The position numbers and the translations under genes are program-made. Of a stretch of 64,000 bases of DNA, positions 47,663-57,295 are shown in pieces. The stretch's first letter is position 1; each line of letters begins with the position of its first letter. The stretch is taken from the IMG/VR virus record IMGVR_UViG_3300036770_006954, positions 32,001 to 96,000 of that record; one strand, written 5' to 3'. The notes under the pieces were generated by a model. That model was given only the letters and a program-made list of their open reading frames with translations, had not been told where the DNA came from and did no database searches. This DNA comes from a virus.

Positions 47663-48042
47663 TGAAACTAACTGAAGTCTTTAAATCTTTGATTACCGAA
47701 ATCGCTTCTGTAGATTCGGTAAGAAAATCTATTGAAGACAAACAAAAAATTATCATGTATTATGATGGTGATGAACCAGGTGGTAGGGGTTTAAGACTTA
47801 TTGAACCTGTTGCCCTTGGAAGAAGTAAAAGAGGTAATTTAGTTTTACGGGCTTGGGATGAGGAAGGTGCATCACACAGAGGATACTTAGGTACACGACC
47901 TATGCCGGGATGGAGATTATTCAAACTTGATAAAATATTGTCCTATAAACCGTCGGGTGAAAATTTTAATACACCAAGACCAAATTTTAACCCAACTGGT
48001 GACAAAGACATGACAAGTATTATTATTATAGCAAAATTCTAA
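47662..48042 (+). CDS. Stand-alone WYL-domain protein
   Basis: 'IIMYY.....R.IEPVALG.....LVLRAWD.....WRLFKLDKI'. Confidence 0.8.
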   Translation: MKLTEVFKSLITEIASVDSVRKSIEDKQKIIMYYDGDEPGGRGLRLIEPVALGRSKRGNLVLRAWDEEGASHRGYLGTRPMPGWRLFKLDKILSYKPSGENFNTPRPNFNPTGDKDMTSIIIIAKF

Positions 48043-48045
48043 CAA

Positions 48046-48630
48046 ATGGACTTAGAAAAAATTATGTTGTCAAAGGCTATCATGGATAGACATAGCCAAA
48101 TGGATTCGGGTAGTGCCCCTAAACCAAAATCGAATACGGTTTTGGAAAACTATGATGCTCCCCAAGCAAGATATAATATTCCACAAGAATTTATGGGTGA
48201 AGCACCACAAAGAATGCAAATGCCACAAGCACCATCAATTCCTGTAAGTCCATTCGCTAACAAACCATATCCTGTAGCTTCATCAGAAGCCATCAAAAAT
48301 TCAAAACTACCTGATGCAATTAAAAAATTAATGATTGAGCACCCTATCGAACAACCAACTTCAATGTCTGGTGGGGCAGTTTTATCCGATGAATTAGTGG
48401 AAAGAGCATCAAGACTTATGGGTAATAATAAAAAACCTGTAATGGAACAAGCAATACCACATCAGAATACAGGTGACCTGAGAACTATATTAAAAGAAGT
48501 TGTTCAAGAAGTCTTGGCTGAGAATGGATTGTTGATGGAAGGTGCTGAAAAATCAAATGAATCATTCAGATTTCAAGTTGGAAAACATCTTTTTGAAGGG
48601 AAACTTACGAAAATCAAAAAATTATCTTAG
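48046..48630 (+). CDS. Hypothetical protein, possible head/scaffold-associated
   Basis: 194 aa; 'LRTILKEVVQEVLAE..LLMEG'. Confidence 0.55.
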   Translation: MDLEKIMLSKAIMDRHSQMDSGSAPKPKSNTVLENYDAPQARYNIPQEFMGEAPQRMQMPQAPSIPVSPFANKPYPVASSEAIKNSKLPDAIKKLMIEHPIEQPTSMSGGAVLSDELVERASRLMGNNKKPVMEQAIPHQNTGDLRTILKEVVQEVLAENGLLMEGAEKSNESFRFQVGKHLFEGKLTKIKKLS

Positions 48631-48685
48631 GTACTTTTCATTTGTGAATTGATTTCTTATATTTTAGGGAACTAAAATAGAATTC

Positions 48686-49900
48686 ATGTCACAAATCAAT
48701 GTATTAGTAATACCATCTGACCGATTTGGTGTTGGAAAATTTAGGTCAATTGAACCTCATACTTTTCTTCAAAATAAATTCCCTCAAGACTTTCACATTG
48801 AAATAGATTTAAATCCTCCTATGGATGATTTGGACTTTTACAAAAAGTTTCAAATTGTTGTTTATCACAGAAGTATTACTAATGAATTCGAGAAGTCATA
48901 TGTACTTGTAGAAAATCTGAAGAAAATGGGTATTGTCACAGTGTGTGATATGGACGATTATTGGAATCCCACCAAGGACCACCCAATTCACGATATCATT
49001 ATTTACAATAAGATTAACGAAAAAATTGTTGCTAGTATCAAACAATCCGATTGGGTAACAACGACAACGCCATTGTTTGCGGATGAAATTAGGAAATACA
49101 ACAAAAATGTGTTTGTACTTCCTAACGCAATAAATCCTGATGAGGCACAATTCAAAGAACCAACAACAGAACATGAAAAACTTAGAGTAGGTTGGTTAGG
49201 TGGTTCATCTCATTTGTCAGACCTTCAACTTTTAGATTCTTCGTTTGCTAAGCTCAGTCAAAATTATAAAGATTTGCAATTTGTTATATGTGGTTTCGAC
49301 ACAAGAGGTACTATTACTGAGATAAATGCTCAGACAGGTGAGCACAAAAAACGACCAATTCGACCTGAGGAAACTGTTTGGGCACGCTACGAAGAAATCT
49401 TCACACAAAACTACAAGTATGTTAGTTCAGAGTATGAAAAGGTTTTGAAAAAATATGCTCGGGAAGAATATCCCGAATTTTCCAATGAGTCTTATCGTAG
49501 GGTGTGGACTCTTCCTGTGACATCTTATGCAAGAAATTACGCCAAACTTGATGTATCTTTGGCACCAATTAAAAACCACATGTTCAATCGAATGAAGTCA
49601 CAACTCAAAGTGATTGAGGCGGGATTTTACAAAAAGGCTGTGATTGCAACTGACTTAGGTCCATATACAATTGATTTGAAACATTGTCTTAAAAATGGCG
49701 AATTTACCGATGGTAATGCTCTTTTGGTCGATGAGAATAGAAATCATGGTGATTGGGCAAAGTTTATTATAAAACTTCAAAAAAATCCAAATCTTGTCAA
49801 AGACATGGGGGAACGATTGTATGAAACTGTATCAAAAAAGTATGACTTAAATATTGTTACTGTTGAAAGAGCGGATTTTTACAAAAGTCTAATTAAATAA
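48686..49900 (+). CDS. GT-B (GT4-like) glycosyltransferase
   Basis: 'CDMDDYW', 'VLPNAI', 'VGWLGGSSH..DL', 'LAPI..FNRMKSQLKVIEAG'. Confidence 0.8.
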   Translation: MSQINVLVIPSDRFGVGKFRSIEPHTFLQNKFPQDFHIEIDLNPPMDDLDFYKKFQIVVYHRSITNEFEKSYVLVENLKKMGIVTVCDMDDYWNPTKDHPIHDIIIYNKINEKIVASIKQSDWVTTTTPLFADEIRKYNKNVFVLPNAINPDEAQFKEPTTEHEKLRVGWLGGSSHLSDLQLLDSSFAKLSQNYKDLQFVICGFDTRGTITEINAQTGEHKKRPIRPEETVWARYEEIFTQNYKYVSSEYEKVLKKYAREEYPEFSNESYRRVWTLPVTSYARNYAKLDVSLAPIKNHMFNRMKSQLKVIEAGFYKKAVIATDLGPYTIDLKHCLKNGEFTDGNALLVDENRNHGDWAKFIIKLQKNPNLVKDMGERLYETVSKKYDLNIVTVERADFYKSLIK

Positions 49901-49910
49901 AAAAAAACAA

Positions 49911-50621
49911 ATGATTAAAACACCAATAAACAAAATTCTTTTTTTGGACATCGAAACCGTAGGTCTTGAAAAGAATTATGATGACTTACGAACCAACCAC
50001 CCGAGAATCGCAGACCAATTCGACAAATATTTTGATTGGTTTCTGAAAAGATTTCCCGAAGACAAGGAAATTAAGGAAGACCAAAAAAATATTGTTTTTG
50101 CAACTCGAGCGGCACTTGTCCCTGAATTTGCCAAAGTTGTTTGTGTTAGTGTTGCATTTGTGCTAAACAACGGGGAAGTAAAGAGACAGACCTTTTCAGG
50201 TGATGATGAAAACCAACTTCTACGAGATTGTCAAAATCTTTTGGATAGATGTGGAAAATTGGATTTTTGGTTATGTGGTCATAACCTCAAAAATTTTGAT
50301 ATTCCTATGCTCGCAAAAAGAATGTTGATTCAAAACATCCTTCCACCCTCCATTCTTCCTTCTTACGACACAAAACCTTGGGAGGTTAAAGCAATCGATA
50401 CAAAAGAGGTATGGCAGTTTGGTGCGTACACGGCAATCGGCTCGTTAGATTTACTATGCGCTTGTATGGATGTACCATCACCTAAAGAAGGTGAAGTTAC
50501 TGGTTCAAAAGTACATGATGCATATTGGAATAAAAACATGTTAAAAGAAATTGCCGAATACTGTGAACGAGATGTACAGGTATTGGTGGATGTAATTCAA
50601 AAATTAAAATCTTTGAAATGA
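49911..50621 (+). CDS. PolB-like DEDDy 3'-5' exonuclease
   Basis: 'FLDIETV', 'GHNLKNFDIP', 'YCERDV'. Confidence 0.85.
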   Translation: MIKTPINKILFLDIETVGLEKNYDDLRTNHPRIADQFDKYFDWFLKRFPEDKEIKEDQKNIVFATRAALVPEFAKVVCVSVAFVLNNGEVKRQTFSGDDENQLLRDCQNLLDRCGKLDFWLCGHNLKNFDIPMLAKRMLIQNILPPSILPSYDTKPWEVKAIDTKEVWQFGAYTAIGSLDLLCACMDVPSPKEGEVTGSKVHDAYWNKNMLKEIAEYCERDVQVLVDVIQKLKSLK

Positions 50622-51238
50622 ACGATAACCAAGATAATCTTGACGATTTAATCGACGCAGAATTGCAGAAGTTAATCGAAGAAGTCGAAAAATTAACTTT
50701 CAATCCTTCAAGTTCAGAAAGCGAGTCTGAAGATGAAAAAACTCTGAATAAAAGTTTATCAGAGTTGGATGATTTTATGGAGGAGGAATTTTTAAAAATT
50801 GAACTTCCTTTACACAAATTTCACCCTGATGCGATAGTACCTTCATATGCGTATAGTTTGGATTCGGGATTTGATTTATTCAGTACCGAGGAAGTATGTT
50901 TATTACCTTTTGGTAGGGCATTAGTACCAACAGGTTTGGCATTTGAAGTACCTGATGGTACAGAGCTTCAGATACGAAGTAAAAGTGGTCTTGCAATCAA
51001 TCAAGGTTTAATGGTCTTGAATAGTCCGGGAACTGTTGATTGTGGATACCTTGGCGAAATCAAGGTGATTGTTATGAACATGAACGATTATACGGTTACA
51101 ATTGAAAAAGGAACAAAAGTAGGTCAAGGAGTTTTGTGCCCCGTTTACAACGGTAAACGAGTTAAACTAATCGAAAAAGAAAGTTTAGGCACCTCGGACC
51201 GAGGAAATAAAGGATTTGGTAGTACAGGTTTGAAATGA
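50618..51238 (+). CDS. dut: dUTPase with an acidic N-terminal extension
   Basis: 'SGFDL', 'RSKSGLA', 'GTVDCGYLGEI', 'RGNKGFGSTG'. Confidence 0.93.
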   Translation: MNDNQDNLDDLIDAELQKLIEEVEKLTFNPSSSESESEDEKTLNKSLSELDDFMEEEFLKIELPLHKFHPDAIVPSYAYSLDSGFDLFSTEEVCLLPFGRALVPTGLAFEVPDGTELQIRSKSGLAINQGLMVLNSPGTVDCGYLGEIKVIVMNMNDYTVTIEKGTKVGQGVLCPVYNGKRVKLIEKESLGTSDRGNKGFGSTGLK

Positions 51239-52869
51239 TTACAGTTGGATATTCTACACGAAAACATAACCCCGAATTAATTGAATACTTCAAAAAATCC
51301 TCGGGGAATCCAAAATATGTCGAAGTTATTGAAAAAATTAATAACGGAGAAAAATCTTTATCTCAAGTTTATAATGAAATACTTGAAGAATCACAAAGTG
51401 ACATTGTAATTTTTTGTCATGATGACATTTATTTTGATACTAACGCTTGGTACTCGAAAGTTGTAAGAAATTTTGAAAAAAATGATTTCGGAATCATTGG
51501 TGTTGCAGGAACCGTCAATCTACCGAGTTCGGGTCTATGGTGGGAAAACCGAAGAAAAATGATTGGAATTGTAAATCATGAAAGTAATGGAAAAAAATGG
51601 GAGTCCAAATATTCTCAAAATTTTGGTAATGAAATTAGACAAGCGGCAATTGTGGATGGTTTATTTATTGCGGTTAGTAAAAAAAGAATTAAGAAAAAAT
51701 TTGTTGAGGAATTTGAAGGGTTTCACTTTTATGATTTACCGTTTTGTCTTGAAAATCATTTAGAGGGTGTAAAAATCGGTGTTTGTACAAACATTAGAAT
51801 TACTCACAAATCAGTTGGACAAACTAATGAACAGTGGGAAAAAAACAGACAAATATTTGAGAAAAAATATTCTGATAACCTACCAATCAAAATACCGTTT
51901 GCACCTGAAAGACAGATGAAAGTTTTAATTTCTTCTATGTTTTTCAGAACATTTACCGGCTCAGAAATTTATGTGTATGAATTAGCAAAATCTCTTCAAA
52001 AACAAAATTGTCAAGTCACGATACTATCACAAATAGGTGGTCCATTAACAGATTTGGCAAAAAAAGAGGGTATTAAATGTTTACCGTTTGAGGAAGCCCC
52101 TGGTTTTAAAATGGGTGATGGTAAGTGGATGGTAATGGGTCCCGATGGAAAACCTCAAGTTTCAAACCCAACGACACTATACAAAATTGCCGAAGTAGAT
52201 TTTGATATCATACATATTCAACATAAACCTGTTGCCGAGAGAATAATCAATCTATACCCTACGATTGATAAAATAGCAACGATTCACTCCGAGGTAATCG
52301 AACTTGAAGACCCTGTAATTCATGATTCTATAAAACATTATGTTGCAATCAGACCAGAAATCAAAGAACACCTTATAAATAAATTTGATATACCTGAAGA
52401 AAAAATCTCAGTAATTTATAATCCTGTCGACAAAAATAGATTTCCAACACTCACAAAAAACGAGAATGGTTACATTCTTTTTGTTGGAACGGTGGATTAC
52501 CTAAGAGAAATGGCAATTAAAGATGCTGGTGAATACGCGATTTCACTTGGAAAGGAATTGTGGTTAGTTGGAGAAGACAAATCAATTTATTTGAAAAGTT
52601 ATTTAAACAACCCAAGTATAAAACATTTTCCACCAACGTGGAACTTAAAGCCATTTATTGAAGGCGCGTATGAAACTGCTGGAATTCAATTGGGAAGAAC
52701 CACAATTGAAAGTTGGATGAGTGGTAAAGATAGTTGGATTTATAAGGTTAATGATAGTGGAGATATAATTTCGAAAGAAAAAACGTCACCACCCGATGAT
52801 ATTGAAAAGTTTTATTCCGATAATGTTGCAAAACAAGTTAAACAAGAATTTTTAAAAATATTATCATAA
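51235..52869 (+). CDS. Bifunctional GT2-like + GT4-like glycosyltransferase
   Basis: N-terminal half 'YN..L','FCHDDI','VDGLF','FHFYD'; C-terminal half 'TGSEIYVYELA','VIYNPVD','GRTTIE'. Confidence 0.8.
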   Translation: MITVGYSTRKHNPELIEYFKKSSGNPKYVEVIEKINNGEKSLSQVYNEILEESQSDIVIFCHDDIYFDTNAWYSKVVRNFEKNDFGIIGVAGTVNLPSSGLWWENRRKMIGIVNHESNGKKWESKYSQNFGNEIRQAAIVDGLFIAVSKKRIKKKFVEEFEGFHFYDLPFCLENHLEGVKIGVCTNIRITHKSVGQTNEQWEKNRQIFEKKYSDNLPIKIPFAPERQMKVLISSMFFRTFTGSEIYVYELAKSLQKQNCQVTILSQIGGPLTDLAKKEGIKCLPFEEAPGFKMGDGKWMVMGPDGKPQVSNPTTLYKIAEVDFDIIHIQHKPVAERIINLYPTIDKIATIHSEVIELEDPVIHDSIKHYVAIRPEIKEHLINKFDIPEEKISVIYNPVDKNRFPTLTKNENGYILFVGTVDYLREMAIKDAGEYAISLGKELWLVGEDKSIYLKSYLNNPSIKHFPPTWNLKPFIEGAYETAGIQLGRTTIESWMSGKDSWIYKVNDSGDIISKEKTSPPDDIEKFYSDNVAKQVKQEFLKILS

Positions 52870-53589
52870 ATGACTATTTTGACTACAGCATATAATTGTG
52901 AACCTTTTATTGAGAGGTGTCTGTATAGCATAATGTCACAGCAATTCAGAGATTTTACTTGTTATATTTTGGACGACATGTCAACTGATGGTACCACAAA
53001 AAAAGTCAAAGAAATAATCCAAAATGACTCGAGATTCGTTCTAATCGAAAATACAAAGAAATTATATCAACCAGGAAACTATGATTTAGTAATACGGTAC
53101 ATGAATTTATCTGATGATGAAATATGTGTAGAGGTCGATGGCGATGATTGGTTACCAAATTCTAAGGTATTTTCAAGGATTAATGAAATTTACAGTTCTG
53201 AAAATATTTGGATGACCAGCGGTTCATTCAATTATCATAATGGTAGACCTGGTTTTGCCAGTCCCCCCACTTCTGTAGAAAATTTAAGAAAACAAACATT
53301 CACATTGTCTCATCTTAGAACTTGGAAGTCTTGGTTATGGAAAAAAATTGATGAGAATGATTTAAAAAATGAAACTGGTGAGTATTGGTCAGTTGCCGGT
53401 GACTTGGCATTTATGTTCCCGATGTTGGAAATGTCAGGAATGGAACATTTCAAATTTATCTCCGAAATTTTGTACACATACAATGAATCGAACCCTTTAA
53501 ATGACCATAAAGTTAATATGTCAAATGTTAATAAAACAACTACATTAATAAGAAATAAATCTCCTTATACAAGAATTAAAAATGAATAA
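52870..53589 (+). CDS. GT2 glycosyltransferase
   Basis: 'AYNCEPFIERCL.S..Q', 'DDMSTDGT', 'VDGDD'. Confidence 0.88.
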   Translation: MTILTTAYNCEPFIERCLYSIMSQQFRDFTCYILDDMSTDGTTKKVKEIIQNDSRFVLIENTKKLYQPGNYDLVIRYMNLSDDEICVEVDGDDWLPNSKVFSRINEIYSSENIWMTSGSFNYHNGRPGFASPPTSVENLRKQTFTLSHLRTWKSWLWKKIDENDLKNETGEYWSVAGDLAFMFPMLEMSGMEHFKFISEILYTYNESNPLNDHKVNMSNVNKTTTLIRNKSPYTRIKNE

Positions 53590-54292
53590 TACCCCCAAAA
53601 TATCAGTTTGTATTCCAACTTATGAAGCTAATGGAAGAGGCGTAGAATTTCTAAGGAAGAATGTAGAATCTATTTTGGAACAAACTTATCAGAATATCGA
53701 AATTATTATTTCCGACCACTCCAAAACTGATAACATCCAACAATACATTGAATCTCTTAATAACGATAAAATTGTTTATCTTAGATATACTGAGAATATA
53801 GGATGGCCAGCACACAACACAAACAATGCAATAAAAAACTCATCAGGTGATTTTATTAAGTTGATGAACTTAGATGATTACATTGAAGGCTCGGATAGTA
53901 TTCAATTAATGGTTGATTTGTTAAATGAAGGTCACAAATGGGTTATTAGTGGTTGCAAACATTTAAACTACGGAACAGGAGAATGGTCAAACCCAATTAT
54001 ACCTCGAATTGAGAACGATGGTAGACACCTACTAAGGGGAATCAATTATGTTGGTTGTCCAAGTGTTGGATTAATACCCCGAGAAGAATATTTTGACCCA
54101 GAAGTAATCTATATGATAGATTGTGAATTATGGTACAGAATGTTTATTAAATATGATTATCCTGGTGTCTTGAAAGATTACAGAATTGTAATTGGAATCG
54201 GTGACCATACATTAACAAGTCAATGGGCATCAAAACATAGTGATTTACTCTGCAAAGATATTGAGTATTGTAATAAAAAATTTCTAATATGA
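53582..54292 (+). CDS. GT2 glycosyltransferase
   Basis: 'PKISVCIPTY', 'QTYQNIEIIISD', 'LMNLDD'. Confidence 0.88.
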   Translation: MNNTPKISVCIPTYEANGRGVEFLRKNVESILEQTYQNIEIIISDHSKTDNIQQYIESLNNDKIVYLRYTENIGWPAHNTNNAIKNSSGDFIKLMNLDDYIEGSDSIQLMVDLLNEGHKWVISGCKHLNYGTGEWSNPIIPRIENDGRHLLRGINYVGCPSVGLIPREEYFDPEVIYMIDCELWYRMFIKYDYPGVLKDYRIVIGIGDHTLTSQWASKHSDLLCKDIEYCNKKFLI

Positions 54293-55446
54293 AAAATATA
54301 CAACTTTTTGTTCCCAAGTTTAGGAAAGAAGAAATTCAAGAACATATTTCAGTTTGCTTAGATAGAGGATGGACTGGTTTGGGATTTAAGACCGTAGAAA
54401 TTGAAGAGAAATGGAAGGAGTATACCAACCTTCCATTTGCTCATTTTATAAATTCTAACACCTCAGGATTACACTTGGCGTTCAAGATTCTTAAAGATGC
54501 CAATAAGTGGAACGATGGTGATGAGATTATAACAAGTCCTCTGACATTCGTTTCCTCAAATCATGCAATCGTTTACGAAAATCTAAAACCAGTGTTTGCG
54601 GATGTTGATGAGTTTCTATGTTTGGACCCCAAATCAATAGAATCAAAAATAACCAAAAAAACCAAAGCAATTCTATTCATTGGAATTGGGGGGAATACAG
54701 GTCAATTAAATTCTGTAATAGAATTGGCTAAAAAACATAAATTGAAAGTAATCTTGGATGCTGCCCATATGGCAGGAACTTTTATTAAAAACCCCAATAC
54801 AGGTCAACCTGAACATGTTGGTCATAGAGCTGACGTAACCGTATTTAGTTTCCAAGCCGTTAAAAACTTACCAACGGCAGATTCAGGTATGATTTGTTTT
54901 GCAAATGAGGACTACGATACTTTAGTTAGAAAACTATCTTGGTTAGGTATTAATAAAGACACATACCAAAGAAGTAATGACAAAGGAAATTATAAGTGGG
55001 AATATGATTTAGTTGACGTTGGTTACAAATACCATGGAAACTCAATTATGGCATCAATGGCATTAGTTGGTTTAAAATATCTTGACGAAGATAATAACAG
55101 AAGAAGAGAAATCTGTGAAATTTATGAAAAAGAATTAACAAAACATGGAATTCAAACTATAAAAACTCATAAAGATTGTGTATTGTCATCAAGACATTTA
55201 TTTCAAATTGTTGTTAATCAAAGAAATAAATTTATGGAACTATTAAACTCGAATGGAATTTATCCTGGAGTTCACTATAGAGACAACACCAATTATAAAA
55301 TGTATAAACACGGATTTGGTACTTGTCCAAACTCTTTAACTATTTCTGAAAAATTAATAACACTACCATTACATATGAACTTAAATGACGATGATGTGAA
55401 ATATATCATAGAAAAAGTAATAGAAGTAAATAAAAATTTAAATTGA
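54289..55446 (+). CDS. DegT/DnrJ/EryC1/StrS sugar aminotransferase
   Basis: 'NSNTSGLHLA', 'LDAAH', 'FSFQAVKNL' with the PLP lysine present. Confidence 0.9.
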   Translation: MKNIQLFVPKFRKEEIQEHISVCLDRGWTGLGFKTVEIEEKWKEYTNLPFAHFINSNTSGLHLAFKILKDANKWNDGDEIITSPLTFVSSNHAIVYENLKPVFADVDEFLCLDPKSIESKITKKTKAILFIGIGGNTGQLNSVIELAKKHKLKVILDAAHMAGTFIKNPNTGQPEHVGHRADVTVFSFQAVKNLPTADSGMICFANEDYDTLVRKLSWLGINKDTYQRSNDKGNYKWEYDLVDVGYKYHGNSIMASMALVGLKYLDEDNNRRREICEIYEKELTKHGIQTIKTHKDCVLSSRHLFQIVVNQRNKFMELLNSNGIYPGVHYRDNTNYKMYKHGFGTCPNSLTISEKLITLPLHMNLNDDDVKYIIEKVIEVNKNLN

Positions 55447-55447
55447 T

Positions 55448-55882
55448 ATGTTAGTTATTCGTGATTTTGAAAGAAATGACTCTACAAGCGGGTTATTAAA
55501 AACACTTAAAGAAGTGTGGTCAGTTGATGAAATAAATGAATCAACATTAGATAAATGGTTTAAGAATGATAATCACATGGTAATTGCGGAGTTTAATGGT
55601 GAAATTGTTGGTTCAGCAACTTTACATTTACAACAAAAAATTATTCGTAATGGTGGTATTGCTGGATGTATTGAAGATGTTGTAGTTAGAGAGGATTATA
55701 GAGGAAATAACATTGGCACTCAATTAATACAAGAATTAATTAAAAAGGCTGAAAATTTTGGGTGTTATAAAATAATTTTATCTTGTTTTCCTGAAAGGAT
55801 TAATTTTTATAAAAAAAATGGATTTAATCAAGAGTCAATAACTATGAGATTCGATTTAAAAAAATTAGAAAAAAATGTATAA
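55448..55882 (+). CDS. GNAT acetyltransferase, GNA1 (glucosamine-6-P N-acetyltransferase)-like
   Basis: 'QKIIRNGG.AG.IEDVVV...YRG..IG..LI..L...A...GCYKIIL.C.....FYKKNGF'. Confidence 0.8.
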   Translation: MLVIRDFERNDSTSGLLKTLKEVWSVDEINESTLDKWFKNDNHMVIAEFNGEIVGSATLHLQQKIIRNGGIAGCIEDVVVREDYRGNNIGTQLIQELIKKAENFGCYKIILSCFPERINFYKKNGFNQESITMRFDLKKLEKNV

Positions 55883-56675
55883 CGTTGAAAAAATTTCAAA
55901 TTGGGACTTACGAGTTAATATAGAAACAAACAAACCCTGTGAATTGTATGTTGATAATTTTCCTAACACCCCAAAAAATTCTATTCGAGTTTTATGGTTA
56001 GTTGAACCTGATGAAGTAAGTAGAGTAAAAGAAGTTGTCTTTGGTAGATACAATGAGTTTGATTTAATTCTTACTTTTGATAAAGAAATTTTGGAACGGT
56101 GCCCAAACGCTCGCCTTCATACTTTTGGTATGACATGGATTTTGGATTATGATTCTTCTCAAGAAAAAGAATTTTGTGTTACTTCACTAATTGGTGGAAA
56201 ACAACTTTCTCCAAACCATCTTCTTCGCCAACAATTACCTCAGATTAAAAATAAAATTGAAAATGTAGATTTACACCTATTCGGAAGTATTAATAATCCT
56301 TTTTCGGGTGAGGGTGTTGATAGGAAAATGCAGGATAATGACAGAAAAAATGAACTTTTTTATTCTCAATATCACATTGCAATCGAAAATTTCTCAAAAG
56401 AAAATTTTTTCACCGAAAAATTGATGGATTGTTTTCAAACTAAAACAATTCCAATTTATGTTGGATGTCCTAATATCTCAGAATTTTTTGATACCCGAGG
56501 TATGTTCATTGTGAACTCTTTGGAAGAAATTACTGAAGTAATTAAAAATTTAACACCTGAAACTTATTCTAATATGTTGGAATATGTTGAAATAAATTAT
56601 GAATTAAGTAAACCTCATGCACATTTTAGGGAAAGACTAAAAAGTGTTGTGTCGAATTTTGTAAACTCCTTGTAA
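55875..56675 (+). CDS. GT10-like (alpha-1,3-fucosyltransferase-type) glycosyltransferase
   Basis: 'YHIAIEN....FFTEKL.DCF...TIPIY.G..NI' GT10 C-terminal signature. Confidence 0.75.
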   Translation: MYNVEKISNWDLRVNIETNKPCELYVDNFPNTPKNSIRVLWLVEPDEVSRVKEVVFGRYNEFDLILTFDKEILERCPNARLHTFGMTWILDYDSSQEKEFCVTSLIGGKQLSPNHLLRQQLPQIKNKIENVDLHLFGSINNPFSGEGVDRKMQDNDRKNELFYSQYHIAIENFSKENFFTEKLMDCFQTKTIPIYVGCPNISEFFDTRGMFIVNSLEEITEVIKNLTPETYSNMLEYVEINYELSKPHAHFRERLKSVVSNFVNSL

Positions 56676-56677
56676 CT

Positions 56678-57295
56678 ATGAATAACGAATTAGAATTAAA
56701 TCTCCAAAAAATTGTTGATGGTCATCATAAAGTGACTTATCGAGGTATAAAGATGATTAAAAATCCATTTGATTATCTACTTTATCAAATGATAATTAAT
56801 GAAGTTAAACCCGATTTAATTGTCGAAATCGGAACTAATCATGGTGGTGCTTCTTTATACATGGCTGACATGTTAGATTTGATTGGTAAGGGTGAAATCC
56901 ATACAATAGACATTACAGAATATCCTATGGATTCTCTAATTTTAGAAAACAAAAGGATTAAAAGATTCTTGGGTGGATATCAGTCATATGATTTAAAAAA
57001 TACTGAAGGTTTCGAAACAGTATTGGTTATTGATGATGGTTCACACACATATGAACATTCTTACGAAATTCTTCACAAATTTAAAAATGTTGTAACACTC
57101 AATAGTTATTTCATTATCGAAGATGGTGCATTAATTCATATTGGTTTAGGTAAAGATTATGGCGGTGGTCCTGTAAGGTCAATTGAACAATTTATGGGTG
57201 AAAATAATCAATATATCATAGACAGAAAATGGTGTGATTTTTTCGGTACCAATACAACTTTCAACACTAACGGATTTTTAAAAAGAATTAGTTAA
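56678..57295 (+). CDS. CmcI-family (rhamnosyl O-methyltransferase-like) SAM-dependent methyltransferase
   Basis: 'KNPFD..LYQ.II.EVKPDLIVEIGT..GG', 'VIDDGSH', 'IIEDG'. Confidence 0.82.
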   Translation: MNNELELNLQKIVDGHHKVTYRGIKMIKNPFDYLLYQMIINEVKPDLIVEIGTNHGGASLYMADMLDLIGKGEIHTIDITEYPMDSLILENKRIKRFLGGYQSYDLKNTEGFETVLVIDDGSHTYEHSYEILHKFKNVVTLNSYFIIEDGALIHIGLGKDYGGGPVRSIEQFMGENNQYIIDRKWCDFFGTNTTFNTNGFLKRIS

